From contig LCKI01000001.1 in assembly GCA_001001345.1 (NCBI GenBank), positions 339 to 64,338 on the forward strand: 64,000 nucleotides of DNA, written 5' to 3'. The position numbers and the translations under genes are program-made. Positions 1 through 9,569 of the stretch are shown piece by piece; the stretch's first letter is position 1, and every line of letters begins with the position of its first letter. Below the pieces are notes generated by a model. It was not told where the DNA came from and did no database searches. It was given only the letters and a program-made list of their open reading frames with translations. The DNA comes from Parcubacteria group bacterium GW2011_GWC1_45_14. GTDB taxonomy: Bacteria; Patescibacteriota; Minisyncoccia; Moranbacterales; GWC2-37-73.

Positions 1-5
1 TTTCC

Positions 6-1403
6 CTACCTCTTCGGCAGGCAAGCTTCCAGGCTCCATATGTTAGCTTTGGTTATTTCCGCTTTCACTATTTTTCCTACCAGATTTTTCCTATCGGATA
101 GCAACTTCACGTTTTTGAGCGTCCTCGTTTTTCCGAAATAAAATTTTATCCCGTGATCAGGCGAGCCTGATTTTACGGGGCCATCTTTTTCTTTTTCTAT
201 GAGAACCTCGATTTTTCTGCCGACATATTTTTTATTGTTGGCGAGCGCCGTCTTTTTGAGGATTTCGTTGAGGGATTTCTCGCGCCACTCCTTTTCCTTG
301 ATCGAAACGTTGTCTTTCATGTTCCAGGCGGCCGTTCCTGGGCGCGGGGAATATTGTCCGAAAAAAACCATATCGAATTTGGATTTTTCCATGACCATAG
401 CGGAATTTCCGAATTGTTTTTTTGTTTCCCCAGGGAAACCGACGATGATATCGGTCGTGATGGAATAGGGAGCATCCGGTTTGTATTTCTTGAAAGAAGT
501 TTTTATTTTCCTGATTAGTCCTAGGTAATGCTTTTGTGTATATTTCCTGTTCATTCTTCGGAGCACGCCGTCGTCTCCGGCTTGGATAGGAAGATGGATA
601 TTTTCGCAAACCTTCTTCAGTTTCGTGATAGTTTCGATCGCCACACTGTCCATATCCTTGGGATGAGAGGAAACAAAATGGATCCAGAATTTTCCAGGAA
701 TTCTGTCTACTTTCTTGAGAAGTTTGGCAAAGGATATTTTTTTATCCGCCTCATCGGCAGATGAATTCTTACTGCTGCTGCAGTAAGAATTCACATTTTG
801 CCCAAGAAGGGTGATGCTCTTGTATCCCTTTGCGACTAAGTTTTTTATTTCAGAAACTATCTCTTCTGCCGGCCTGGAAACCTCGCGTCCGCGCGCATAG
901 GGAACTACGCAATATGAACAGAAATTGTCGCACCCGGTCATTATGGGCACGTATGCGGAAAAAGTGTTTTTGTATTTAGGATTTATTGATAAATAACCTA
1001 TATGCTCTTTATTGTGGAGGGTATTTTGCATCTCGTATTTTGTATCTTGTATTTTCGAATCCATACTAAATACTTGATACAGGATACTTGATACTTTTTC
1101 ACGGAAATCTTTGATTTCCGTGAAAAGATCGACGTCCTTCATTCTGCGGTGGATATCTTTCCTGTTAGCCAGGCATCCCGTGACTACTATTTTTATTTTC
1201 GGATTGTCTTTTTTGAGATTTCTGACTAGCCCGAAAACCCGGTCTTCCGCCATCTGGCGGACTCCGCAGGTATTCAGGATTACCAAGTCGGAGTCTTCTA
1301 TTTTTTCAGCAAGATCAAAACCGCTGCTTTCCAAAAAAGAAGATACGCGTTCGCTGTCGGAAACGTTCATCTGGCATCCGAAAGTTTTTATGAAATAGGT
1401 CAT
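6..1403 (-). CDS. miaB: tRNA-2-methylthio-N6-isopentenyladenosine synthase MiaB
   Basis: UPF0004 N-terminus (TFGCQMN..DSE, LNTC, VTGC), radical SAM CDNFCSYC, C-terminal TRAM domain; start set at MTYFIKTFGC (1403). Confidence 0.93.
   Translation of the reverse strand: MTYFIKTFGCQMNVSDSERVSSFLESSGFDLAEKIEDSDLVILNTCGVRQMAEDRVFGLVRNLKKDNPKIKIVVTGCLANRKDIHRRMKDVDLFTEIKDFREKVSSILYQVFSMDSKIQDTKYEMQNTLHNKEHIGYLSINPKYKNTFSAYVPIMTGCDNFCSYCVVPYARGREVSRPAEEIVSEIKNLVAKGYKSITLLGQNVNSYCSSSKNSSADEADKKISFAKLLKKVDRIPGKFWIHFVSSHPKDMDSVAIETITKLKKVCENIHLPIQAGDDGVLRRMNRKYTQKHYLGLIRKIKTSFKKYKPDAPYSITTDIIVGFPGETKKQFGNSAMVMEKSKFDMVFFGQYSPRPGTAAWNMKDNVSIKEKEWREKSLNEILKKTALANNKKYVGRKIEVLIEKEKDGPVKSGSPDHGIKFYFGKTRTLKNVKLLSDRKNLVGKIVKAEITKANIWSLEACLPKR
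150..180. repeat. In-frame palindrome in miaB (CCCGTGAT-CAGG-cgag-CCTG-ATTTTACGGG)
   Basis: Hairpin with asymmetric CGTAAAAT/ATCACG stem, also seen at 14568-14686 and 50766-50881; encodes PVKSGSPDHG in the TRAM region. Confidence 0.7.
1021..1095. repeat. 7-mer periodic hairpin element translated in frame in miaB
   Basis: GTATTTT/GTATCTT units followed by AATACT/GATACT units; encodes SILYQVFSMDSKIQDTKYEMQNT in the interdomain linker. Confidence 0.6.
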
Positions 1404-1460
1404 AGTTATATTTTTTATAGGGCAGTTCATAATAACAGGAAAACAGGATCGATGCAATGA

Positions 1461-2231
1461 TTAGCGGCATTTGAGATACATTAAAAACTCCTTTTTTCCT
1501 TTTCCTCCCAGAATAGGAGAGTCCGTGATTCCTATGATTTCAAACCCTAAATCTTTGGAGAGATTTTTTATTTTTTCGATGACTTCTTCGTGGAGATTTT
1601 CTTTGTTCACTATACCTTTTTTGATATGCTTTTTTCCTACTTCGAATTGCGGTTTGATGAGCGTGACGATTTCCCCTTTGGTTGAAATCAGTTCAGCGGC
1701 TTTCGGTAGGATATGCGAGAGGGAAATGAATGAGACGTCGATGCAGATGAAATCCAAAAGCTCGGAAAAATTTTCCTTGGATAGGTTTTTGATATGGGTG
1801 TTTTCCATATTCACGACCCTCTCGTCGCTCCTCAGTTTTTCCGCCAATTGTCCGCTACCCACGTCGACGGAGTAAACTTTCTCAGCCTTGTTTTCCAGTA
1901 GAACCTGGGCGAATCCTCCGGTACATGCTCCAAAGTCGGCGCATATTTTATTTTTGACGTCGATGTTCCAATGCTCCAATGCATGTTCCAGTTTCAAGCC
2001 GGCGCGCGAAACCCAGGGAATGTCCTGTTTAATTATTTCAATTTTTGAATTCTCATCCACTTGCTGGGTGGGTTTTGTCGCGATTTTGCCATTCACCCTG
2101 TTAAATTGCTCCGCACCGCCTTCAGCGGATTTAACAGGGTAAATCAAAACACCCCCGTCTTTAATGAGGTTTTTGGCGCGCTCCCTTGATTGCGCCAAGC
2201 CATTTTTTACCAGTAATGCATCCAGTCTCAT
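1461..2231 (-). CDS. tlyA: TlyA-family rRNA 2'-O-methyltransferase
   Basis: S4-like MRLD..L..SRERAK, VSRAGLKL, D.GACTGGF, DVSFISL, LIKPQFE motifs. Confidence 0.92.
   Translation of the reverse strand: MRLDALLVKNGLAQSRERAKNLIKDGGVLIYPVKSAEGGAEQFNRVNGKIATKPTQQVDENSKIEIIKQDIPWVSRAGLKLEHALEHWNIDVKNKICADFGACTGGFAQVLLENKAEKVYSVDVGSGQLAEKLRSDERVVNMENTHIKNLSKENFSELLDFICIDVSFISLSHILPKAAELISTKGEIVTLIKPQFEVGKKHIKKGIVNKENLHEEVIEKIKNLSKDLGFEIIGITDSPILGGKGKKEFLMYLKCR
2092..2143. repeat. Three-way-junction repeat, copy 1 (in frame in tlyA)
   Basis: TTCACCCTGTTAAAT-[TGC/GCA]-[CCGC/GCGG]-ATTTAACAGGGTAAA; encodes YPVKSAEGGAEQFNRV. Confidence 0.85.
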
Positions 2232-2285
2232 ATTATTCGAAAAGAGAGCCGCCCGGGAAGCGGCTCTCTGGAAAGAAGTTATTTC

Positions 2286-4043
2286 TTAGAGGGATTTGTT
2301 GGAAATTTCCTTTGTCATTTTTTCCACGAAATCTTCAAGTGAAAGAGTTTCTTGTATTTTTTCTCCGCGCTTTCTGATGGTGACGGTTTTGGATTCCTGT
2401 TCTTTTTCTCCGATAACTATCATGTAAGGAGTCTTCTGTTTTTCCGCTTGGGAAATCCGCTTGCCAAGCGATTCCGATTCAAGACTCATTTCCACGCGGA
2501 CATCTTTTTCCAAAAGTTTTCCTTCAACCTTTTTTGCATATCCTTCGAATTTCTCGCTAACAGGTATGATCGCGACCTGGACAGGGGAGAGCCAGAGCGG
2601 GAAGGCGCCAGCAAAATGTTCAATCAGAAGCATCAGGAATCTTTCATATGATCCAAGGATGGCACGGTGGACCATGACGGGATTGATTTCTTTTCCGGTA
2701 TTGTCCGTGTATACGAGATCGAACCTTTTCGGCGTGGCGAAATCCAGCTGTACGGTCGGTATCTGGATTTCCCTTCCCATGGAATCTTTGAACATGAAAT
2801 CGAGCTTGGGTCCGTAGAGAGCGGCTTCACCTTCGCGTTTTTGCGCATCAAGTCCCATCTCATCGGAAATTTCCTGAAGCATCTGTTCGCACTTGTCCCA
2901 ATCCTGGGGGTCACCGATATATTTTTCAGGATGGGCATAGTCTCGCACTGAGAGGGATACCCAATGGTTTCCCCACATTCCGAGCGAGCTATAGAAATCT
3001 TTGATTATCTCAACCATGTTTTTCATTTCCTGTTTCACTTGGTCGACGGTACAGAACGAATGTCCGTCTTCGACGGTAATCGCGATCACGCGATTGAGTC
3101 CTCCGATTTCACCAGGCTTCTCATCGCGGTACTGTTTTTCCGATTCCATATATCTTATTGGAAGATCGCGATATGATCTTGGTCGGGAAGCGAAAATCTG
3201 GGTTTGGTGTGGGCACTGCACCGGCTTCATTACGTAATTCTGTTTGTAGTGCGATTTGACCTGGAAAAGTTCGTCGCCGAATTTCTGGGCATGTCCGGAT
3301 TTCTCATAAAGGTCTATTTTGGCCAGATGGGGAGTGGAAACTTTTTGGAATCCGTAACCCCTGCAAACCTTTTCGATGTGTTTTTGTAGTTCCTCTTTTA
3401 TGGTAGTTCCTCTCGGAGTGAAGAGCGGTAATCCCGGTCCGACGAGATCGGAGAAGGCGAAGAGGTCCAATTCCTTGCCAAGTTTTCGGTGGTCCCTTTT
3501 GGCGGCTTCTTCCAACTGCTGGAGGTATTCTTTGAGTTTCTTTTTATTTTCAAAAACTACTCCATAAATCCTTTGGAGCTGGATATTGTTCTCATCTCCT
3601 TTCCAATAGGCTCCGGAAATCCTGGTGAGCTTGAGCGCCTGCGGGTCTATTTTTCCGGTCGAGTCGATGTGTGGTCCTGAGCAGAGGTCGATGAAATCAC
3701 CGGATTTATAAATCGAGACATTCTCGTTGCCTTGCGTGATAAGGTCGTTGATGATTTCAACCTTGTAACTTTGTCCGATCCCTTCGAATTTTTCCTTAGC
3801 TTCCTGCGCCGAAAGTTCGGCCCGTTCGAATTCGTGGTTTTCCTTGATGATCCTTTGCATCTTTTCTTCGAGCAGGGGAAGATCTTCAGGGATGAGGGTT
3901 CGGGGGAGTTCGAAGTCATAATAGAATCCGTTTTCGATCGCCGGTCCCATGGCGAATTTGGCTTCGGGAAACATCTCAAGAACGGCAGCTGCTAATACGT
4001 GCGCCGAAGAATGCCTTAAGATTTCCAATTTGTCTTGCTCCAT
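2286..4043 (-). CDS. thrS: Threonine--tRNA ligase (lacks N-terminal TGS domain)
   Basis: RHSSAH, DLCSGPH, RDHRKLG, YGPKLD, HRAILGSYERF, C-terminal anticodon-binding domain. Confidence 0.97.
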   Translation of the reverse strand: MEQDKLEILRHSSAHVLAAAVLEMFPEAKFAMGPAIENGFYYDFELPRTLIPEDLPLLEEKMQRIIKENHEFERAELSAQEAKEKFEGIGQSYKVEIINDLITQGNENVSIYKSGDFIDLCSGPHIDSTGKIDPQALKLTRISGAYWKGDENNIQLQRIYGVVFENKKKLKEYLQQLEEAAKRDHRKLGKELDLFAFSDLVGPGLPLFTPRGTTIKEELQKHIEKVCRGYGFQKVSTPHLAKIDLYEKSGHAQKFGDELFQVKSHYKQNYVMKPVQCPHQTQIFASRPRSYRDLPIRYMESEKQYRDEKPGEIGGLNRVIAITVEDGHSFCTVDQVKQEMKNMVEIIKDFYSSLGMWGNHWVSLSVRDYAHPEKYIGDPQDWDKCEQMLQEISDEMGLDAQKREGEAALYGPKLDFMFKDSMGREIQIPTVQLDFATPKRFDLVYTDNTGKEINPVMVHRAILGSYERFLMLLIEHFAGAFPLWLSPVQVAIIPVSEKFEGYAKKVEGKLLEKDVRVEMSLESESLGKRISQAEKQKTPYMIVIGEKEQESKTVTIRKRGEKIQETLSLEDFVEKMTKEISNKSL

Positions 4044-4055
4044 AAATTTTTAACG

Positions 4056-4175
4056 GCAATTTCAAATGCCAAATTGTAAATTTCAAATCAATGTCTTAAT
4101 TGCAAAATGTTTTAAGATTTGTCATTTGAGAATTTAAAATTCATTTGGAATTTGAAATTTTTAATTTGTAATTCT
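4056..4175. repeat. Empty 7-mer periodic hairpin element in the thrS leader
   Basis: TTTCAAA-like units followed by complementary TTTGAAA-like units. Confidence 0.6.
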
Positions 4176-4179
4176 TATA

Positions 4180-4367
4180 AATAAAAAACACCCTGAAATA
4201 TGAGAATAGGAAAAATTAATTTTCCAATATCGAGGCTTCCGGTTTCGTTCGGAGGCGGTTCCACTCGATTTCCCATAATTTCTTGGGCACTTTATGCGCC
4301 TATTCGTAGGCCGCTTGAACGGAAGCTCCGCGGATGGTTGGGCCGCATCTGCGCTTCATTCGATTGT
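4180..4367 (-). promoter_or_regulatory. T-box riboswitch upstream of thrS
   Basis: Minus strand CGAG-TGGAACC-GC...GC-CTCG antiterminator (T-box at 4255-4267); candidate ACC (Thr) specifier at 4336-4338; U-tract downstream. Confidence 0.8.
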
Positions 4368-4373
4368 GGTTTT

Positions 4374-4402
4374 ATTATATGGAAATATGACCCATTTGTC
4401 AA
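4374..4402 (-). promoter_or_regulatory. sigma70-type promoter of thrS
   Basis: Minus strand TTGACA-17 nt-TATAAT, exact consensus. Confidence 0.85.
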
Positions 4403-4411
4403 TAAGTATAG

Positions 4412-7400
4412 CTAAGCAAGTTCCACGCTGCCATGCAGGACGATGGATTTCAACTCCTCGATGATTTCGTCCGTGTGTTCTATGGAGAACGGAGTCTGAA
4501 GCTTGGTTTCATTGTGATGGAGAACGACCTTGGTGTCACCGCTTTTGCAGTCCTTGAAAAATTTCCCTAGCCGATGGATGATTTCCGGCGTGGCGTTGTG
4601 GGGAAGTTTTATAAGAAGGCTTCCTGTGGGAGCTGTATGGTTTTGAGATGGCTGATCCGTCGAGGGTGCTGGCGGAGGAGTCTGGTCGTCATCGTTCTTG
4701 TTTTCCTGGTGATACGTTTTTTGTGTCAGCCTGATGCGCATGAATTCGTCGACTTCGTGGCGGTTAAGCTCGTTCGCTTCGTCGGCAATGAGTTTGAAGG
4801 ACCCGTCCTTGTCCGAGAGGCGTCCTTCGGCGATTATCATCCTTTCTTCCTCCCAGGCGCTTTGGGTCTTTTCCAATACCCTTGGAAAAACCAAAAGCTC
4901 AATCCTGCCCTTGGTGTCCTCGAGCGTGACGAAAAGCATGGTTTCATGGCGCTTGGTCAGAATTTTCTGGACTTTCTGGATGACGCCCCCGACCTTGATT
5001 CTTTGTCCGACCATTTCCTTGGAGAGGCTGGCAATCGGAGTAGCGGCTTCGTCTAGGAAATCTTGGAATTCGGCGACCGGGTGGTCTGTCACATAGAGTC
5101 CCAGGAGTTCTTTTTCCCATTTCAATCTTTCTTTTTTCGTGGAAGGTTCGCATTCCGTCATTTGTATAGTCGGCGACTCCAGGATTTCCGCGCCGAAAAG
5201 ACTCACCTGGTTTGAATCTTTATTTTTCTGGATATTTTTGGAAAAGCTTATGATATTCTCGATGTTCTCGATAATCTGTTTCCTTTCTCCAAGATCGTCG
5301 AGCGCGCCGACTTTCGCCAGGGCTTCAATGGATTTTTTGTTGAGGTCTTTGGTTTGCACGCGTTCGACAAGGTCGGCCAGCGATTTGAATTTGCCGTTCG
5401 CTTTCCTTTCTTTGACGATCTCTTCTGCGACGACATGGCCGACGTTTTTGATGGCGTTAAGTCCGAAGCGGATCCTGTTTTTGCCATCGTCTCCTAAAAT
5501 CACCGCGAAGTTTTCAAAACTTTCATTGACGTCCGGAGGGAGGACTTCGATTCCCATGTCGCGCGTTTCGTCCACTTCGATAGCGATGCGGTCGATGTTG
5601 TCCTGGTCGGAAGTGAGGAGCGCAGCCATGAAAGCTTCGGGGTAGTGCGCTTTTAGATATGCCGTCTGATAACCGATGAGGGCGTAGCAGGCCGCATGCG
5701 AACGGTTGAAACCGTAGCCGGCGAACGGTTCGATGAATGAGAATACTTTTTCGCCGATTTCCTTGCTGACTCCGTTTTTGACGCAACCTTCCACGAATTT
5801 TATTTTCTGTTCCTGAATGAGGTCGAGGATTTTCTTTCCCATGGCTTTTCGAAGCACGTCCGCTTCTCCCATGGAAAAACCGGCCAAGGCCCTGGCGATC
5901 TGCATGACCTGTTCCTGGTAGACCGCTACTCCATAGGTGTTTTTGAGGATCGGTTCAAGCTTGGGGTGGACATAGCTGACCTTCCTGGTGCCATGCTTTC
6001 CGGAAATGAAGTCCGGAATCCAATCCATCGGTCCGGGACGATAAAGAGCCACCATGGCGATGATGTCTTCGATGACGGTGGGCTTGAGAAGCTTGAGATA
6101 TCTTTTCATCCCCGAGCTTTCGAATTGGAACACGCCGGTCGTTTTGCCGTCCTGGAAAAGCTTGTAAGCAAGCTCATCGTCGACCGGAAGTTCGTCGATG
6201 TTTATTTCGACTCCTTTGGTTTTTTTGATGATGCGGATGGCGTTTTGGATGATGGTGAGGTTTTTGAGTCCCAAAAAGTCCATCTTGAGAAGGCCGATCT
6301 TTTCCACGTAACTAGTTTTAGTGGAAGATGAATATTGGGTCACCGTCCCTTCGCGCGCCCCGGTGATGTTCTGGATGGGAGTGTATTCTGTTACCGGTTC
6401 TTTCGTAATCACAACTCCGCAGGCATGCATACCGGCGTGGCGCGAAACTCCTTCGAGTCGCATGGCGTTGTTGATGAGTTTTTTTGCATCCTCTCCGGAT
6501 TCATAATGCGTTTTGAATTCAGGTACTTCCTCCAGGGCTTTTTTAATGGAGGTGAACATTGGGATCATCTTGGAGGTCTTGTCGCAAAAATCATAGGGAA
6601 GTCCAAGTGCTCTTCCTGTGTCGCGGATGGCGGCTCGCGCAGCCATCGTTCCAAAAGTTATGATTTGCGCCACATGGTCGTCGCCATATTTCTTCCTTAC
6701 GTATGCAAGGACGTCGTCGCGTCTGTCGTCGGCGAAATCCATATCGACGTCGGGCATGGACACTCTTTCCGGATTAAGGAATCTTTCGAAAAGAAGGTCG
6801 TATTGTATGGGATCCACGTTGGTGATTCCTACTAGGTAGGATACGAAACTTCCGGCCGCGCTTCCTCTGCCTGGACCCACGACGATTCCGTTTTCTTTAG
6901 CCCAATTGACGAAATCCTGGACGATCAAAAAGTATGAGGAGTAGCCGCATTTTTCAATAACGGAAAGTTCATAGTCCATCCTTTCTTCGTGCACATTGGT
7001 GTGCTGTCCTTTGTATCTTTTCTCAAGTCCTTCCTTGGTGAGATGGCGTAAGTATGTGACATCGGTGAAACCTTCCGGAACTTCAAAATGCGGGAGCTGG
7101 GTTTCGCCGAGCTTGAGGTGGAAATCGCAGAGCTCCACGACTTTCTGCGTGTTCTCCAGAACCTCGGGGTGGTCCGGGAAACTGGATAGGACTTCCTCAG
7201 GGGATCGGAGTGAAAGATCGAAGTCCATAAGATTCATTCTGTCTGTTTCCTGTACCTTTCTGTTGGTTTGCACGCAAAGAAGGATGTCTTGAGCGGTCGC
7301 ATCTTCTTTTTTGACGTAATGCACGTCGCAGGTCGCCACGACCGGAATGTTGAGTTCTTTGGAGAGTTTGAATATCCCGTCGTTGGCTATCTTTTGGTTT

Positions 7401-7954
7401 GGGAAGTTGGGATGACTCTGTACTTCCAAAAAGAAGGACCCTTCGTCGAAAATGTCCATGTATTCCAAAGCGAGCTCCTTGGCCTTGTCGTAGTTTCCCA
7501 TCACTATTTGGGCAGGGATCTCTCCTTCCGCGCAGGCCGAAAGGCCCACGAGTCCTTCGCCATATTGGCGCAGAATCTTCCTGTCGATTCTGGGTTTGTA
7601 ATAAAACCCTTCCAAATGCGCGATGGAAACCAATTTCATCAGGTTTTTGTAACCCTTTTCATTTTTCACCAGCAGGATGAGGTGGTATCTTTTCCTGTCT
7701 TCGGCGGTCGGATTCTTCGAATGCAGATCGTTCGGCGTCACATACATCTCGCAACCCAAAATCGGCTTGATTCCTTTTTCCTTGGCCGTGATGAAAAGGT
7801 CGATTGCTCCGTAAAGCACGCCGTGGTCTGTCAGCGCTATCGAATCCATCCCGAGTTCTTTGGCGCGGTCCATGAGGTCGGGAATTTTCCCGAGGCCGTC
7901 TAACAGCGAGTAATGACTATGTACGTGTAAGTGGGTATATTTGGGAGTATTCAT
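4412..7954 (-). CDS. dnaE: DNA polymerase III alpha subunit
   Basis: PHP domain HLHVHSHYSLLDG, GRGSAAGS, PDVDMDF, KMDFLGL, YGFNRSHA, C-terminal OB fold; no intein. Confidence 0.98.
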   Translation of the reverse strand: MNTPKYTHLHVHSHYSLLDGLGKIPDLMDRAKELGMDSIALTDHGVLYGAIDLFITAKEKGIKPILGCEMYVTPNDLHSKNPTAEDRKRYHLILLVKNEKGYKNLMKLVSIAHLEGFYYKPRIDRKILRQYGEGLVGLSACAEGEIPAQIVMGNYDKAKELALEYMDIFDEGSFFLEVQSHPNFPNQKIANDGIFKLSKELNIPVVATCDVHYVKKEDATAQDILLCVQTNRKVQETDRMNLMDFDLSLRSPEEVLSSFPDHPEVLENTQKVVELCDFHLKLGETQLPHFEVPEGFTDVTYLRHLTKEGLEKRYKGQHTNVHEERMDYELSVIEKCGYSSYFLIVQDFVNWAKENGIVVGPGRGSAAGSFVSYLVGITNVDPIQYDLLFERFLNPERVSMPDVDMDFADDRRDDVLAYVRKKYGDDHVAQIITFGTMAARAAIRDTGRALGLPYDFCDKTSKMIPMFTSIKKALEEVPEFKTHYESGEDAKKLINNAMRLEGVSRHAGMHACGVVITKEPVTEYTPIQNITGAREGTVTQYSSSTKTSYVEKIGLLKMDFLGLKNLTIIQNAIRIIKKTKGVEINIDELPVDDELAYKLFQDGKTTGVFQFESSGMKRYLKLLKPTVIEDIIAMVALYRPGPMDWIPDFISGKHGTRKVSYVHPKLEPILKNTYGVAVYQEQVMQIARALAGFSMGEADVLRKAMGKKILDLIQEQKIKFVEGCVKNGVSKEIGEKVFSFIEPFAGYGFNRSHAACYALIGYQTAYLKAHYPEAFMAALLTSDQDNIDRIAIEVDETRDMGIEVLPPDVNESFENFAVILGDDGKNRIRFGLNAIKNVGHVVAEEIVKERKANGKFKSLADLVERVQTKDLNKKSIEALAKVGALDDLGERKQIIENIENIISFSKNIQKNKDSNQVSLFGAEILESPTIQMTECEPSTKKERLKWEKELLGLYVTDHPVAEFQDFLDEAATPIASLSKEMVGQRIKVGGVIQKVQKILTKRHETMLFVTLEDTKGRIELLVFPRVLEKTQSAWEEERMIIAEGRLSDKDGSFKLIADEANELNRHEVDEFMRIRLTQKTYHQENKNDDDQTPPPAPSTDQPSQNHTAPTGSLLIKLPHNATPEIIHRLGKFFKDCKSGDTKVVLHHNETKLQTPFSIEHTDEIIEELKSIVLHGSVELA

Positions 7955-7990
7955 TGAGTTTGATAAATCGTTTTAGGTTTTTGGAAACAT

Positions 7991-8200
7991 AAGTCATTGG
8001 CAGTAGGTCCGGTTCTTGGTCGTAGGCCTTAGGTTGGAAATCGGTTAAATGGAAAAAAGAAATGGGTTCGGGAAAATAGAAATTTGAAATCGGAAAATCC
8101 TTTTTCTATTCTCCTTTTTCTTGAACCATCTTCCATTTTCTAATAAACTTTTTTCAAAATCCAATGACTAACGACTTTTCCCACGGCTAATGACCAATGT
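7991..8200. repeat. Nested low-complexity inverted-repeat element upstream of dnaE
   Basis: Outer arms AGTCATTGG...CCAATGACT; inner arms AAATGGAAAAAAGAAATGG...CCATCTTCCATTT. Confidence 0.5.
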
Positions 8201-8694
8201 TGCTTATGACAAACAAAAAACCTCTATCGAAAATAGGGCCTGTTAACAATAAAATATAAAAATATTTTCCATATAATTTCTAATCTCCATAGCCCGGATT
8301 GCTCCCTGGGTTTTGCAAGATGTTTTTACTACAAGATCAGTATAGCATATCGCCTGGGAAAAGAAAAAGAACCTGTCCGAATCGACAGGTTCTCGAGGTT
8401 AACACAAGCGACGCCTTTTTATTGGGAGGTGTCAGTGTTATCACAAGGCCGAGAAAATGGGCGGTCAGTATAACCTTCTTGCTATCGCAAAGGCAGAACC
8501 TGACGAATCTTTTCAGTGCGGTGTAAGAGGGGATGGTGATAAAACACGCCGGGGCTATCATCAAGATGATGATGATTGCGCAATCGGTAATCAGTAACGA
8601 TCTGCGAATAGCTTTCAACTGGGCCTCCCTTATGATAGGATGTCATTGGTATGAAAGGAACTATTAGACACGGGAGTTAATATACTGAAAAAAT

Positions 8695-9408
8695 ATGGCT
8701 TTGTCAAAATCGACATTCGAATTGGAAAAGATCCTGGCGGAGAAAGGATATGAAATAATAATCGGAACCGATGAGGTCGGACGCGGTCCGCTTTGCGGTC
8801 CTGTTGTGGCGTGCGCGGTGGCTTTTCGCGGTAGCGGTTTTCCGGAGTTCGACTCCGAATCGGAGTCGAACTCCGGTACTCGAAAGATGTGGGATTTGGT
8901 CAGGGATTCGAAAAAACTTTCCGAAAAGCAGAGGGAAGAAGTGTTCGAATTCATCCATGAGCATTTCCATGTCGGCATTGGACTATGCGATCATCAGACG
9001 GTCGACCGCATCAACATTTTGGAAGCAAGTTTTCTTTCCATGAAAAAAGCCATCCAGGATTTGCGACGGAAAATGGAAATGGAAAATCCTAAAACCCAAA
9101 ACCTAGAACCTAAAACCTGCATTCTGGTAGATGGGAACAAGAAAATCCCGAATCTTTCCATGGAGCAGATGGCGGTTATCGGAGGGGACAAGATTGTGAA
9201 ATCCATTTCTGCGGCTTCCATCGTGGCCAAGGTGACTAGGGACAGGATGATGGAGGAATTCCATCAGAAGTATCCCCAATACGGCTTCGATAAGCACAAA
9301 GGTTATGGCACTAAGGTTCATATGGACGCCCTTTTGGAGCACGGTGCGTGCGAAATTCATCGCAAAAGCTTCGGCCCGGTCTCGAGGCTTGCCAATTTGA
9401 AGAAATGA
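8695..9408 (+). CDS. rnhB: Ribonuclease HII
   Basis: GTDEVGRGPLCGPVV, DSKKL, LVDG, GD..SISAASIVAKVTRD, KHKGYGT, HRKSF. Confidence 0.96.
   Translation: MALSKSTFELEKILAEKGYEIIIGTDEVGRGPLCGPVVACAVAFRGSGFPEFDSESESNSGTRKMWDLVRDSKKLSEKQREEVFEFIHEHFHVGIGLCDHQTVDRINILEASFLSMKKAIQDLRRKMEMENPKTQNLEPKTCILVDGNKKIPNLSMEQMAVIGGDKIVKSISAASIVAKVTRDRMMEEFHQKYPQYGFDKHKGYGTKVHMDALLEHGACEIHRKSFGPVSRLANLKK
8842..8876. repeat. Perfect palindrome with 17-bp arms, in frame in rnhB
   Basis: CCGGAGTTCGACTCCGA-A-TCGGAGTCGAACTCCGG; encodes PEFDSESESNSG. Confidence 0.85.
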
Positions 9409-9569
9409 TGATATCGTGCTAATGTTATACCAGCGGATAGCCTGCTTTTAGGTAGGCTGGGATAATGGAAATTTATCATTCATTTGTCGGTTCTAACATT
9501 TATAAAGGGCGCAATAGGAACATAGCTTTACGACCTTCATAAACTTTACGAACTTAATATTACAAAAAC

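Noticed and set aside
2286-4043. ThrS lacking the TGS domain (and short EF-Ts at 48340-48918) as truncations
   Set aside because: Both short forms are established natural variants with intact catalytic motifs.
4412-7954. Possible intein or split in DnaE
   Set aside because: Length is normal, motifs are continuous, and there are no intein splice-junction or LAGLIDADG signatures.
8337-8618. 93-aa minus-strand ORF with a hydrophobic N-terminus and a GGGAGG SD-like site
   Set aside because: TTG start, no recognisable family, and it runs through a terminator-like hairpin near 8360-8395; cannot be supported without homologs.
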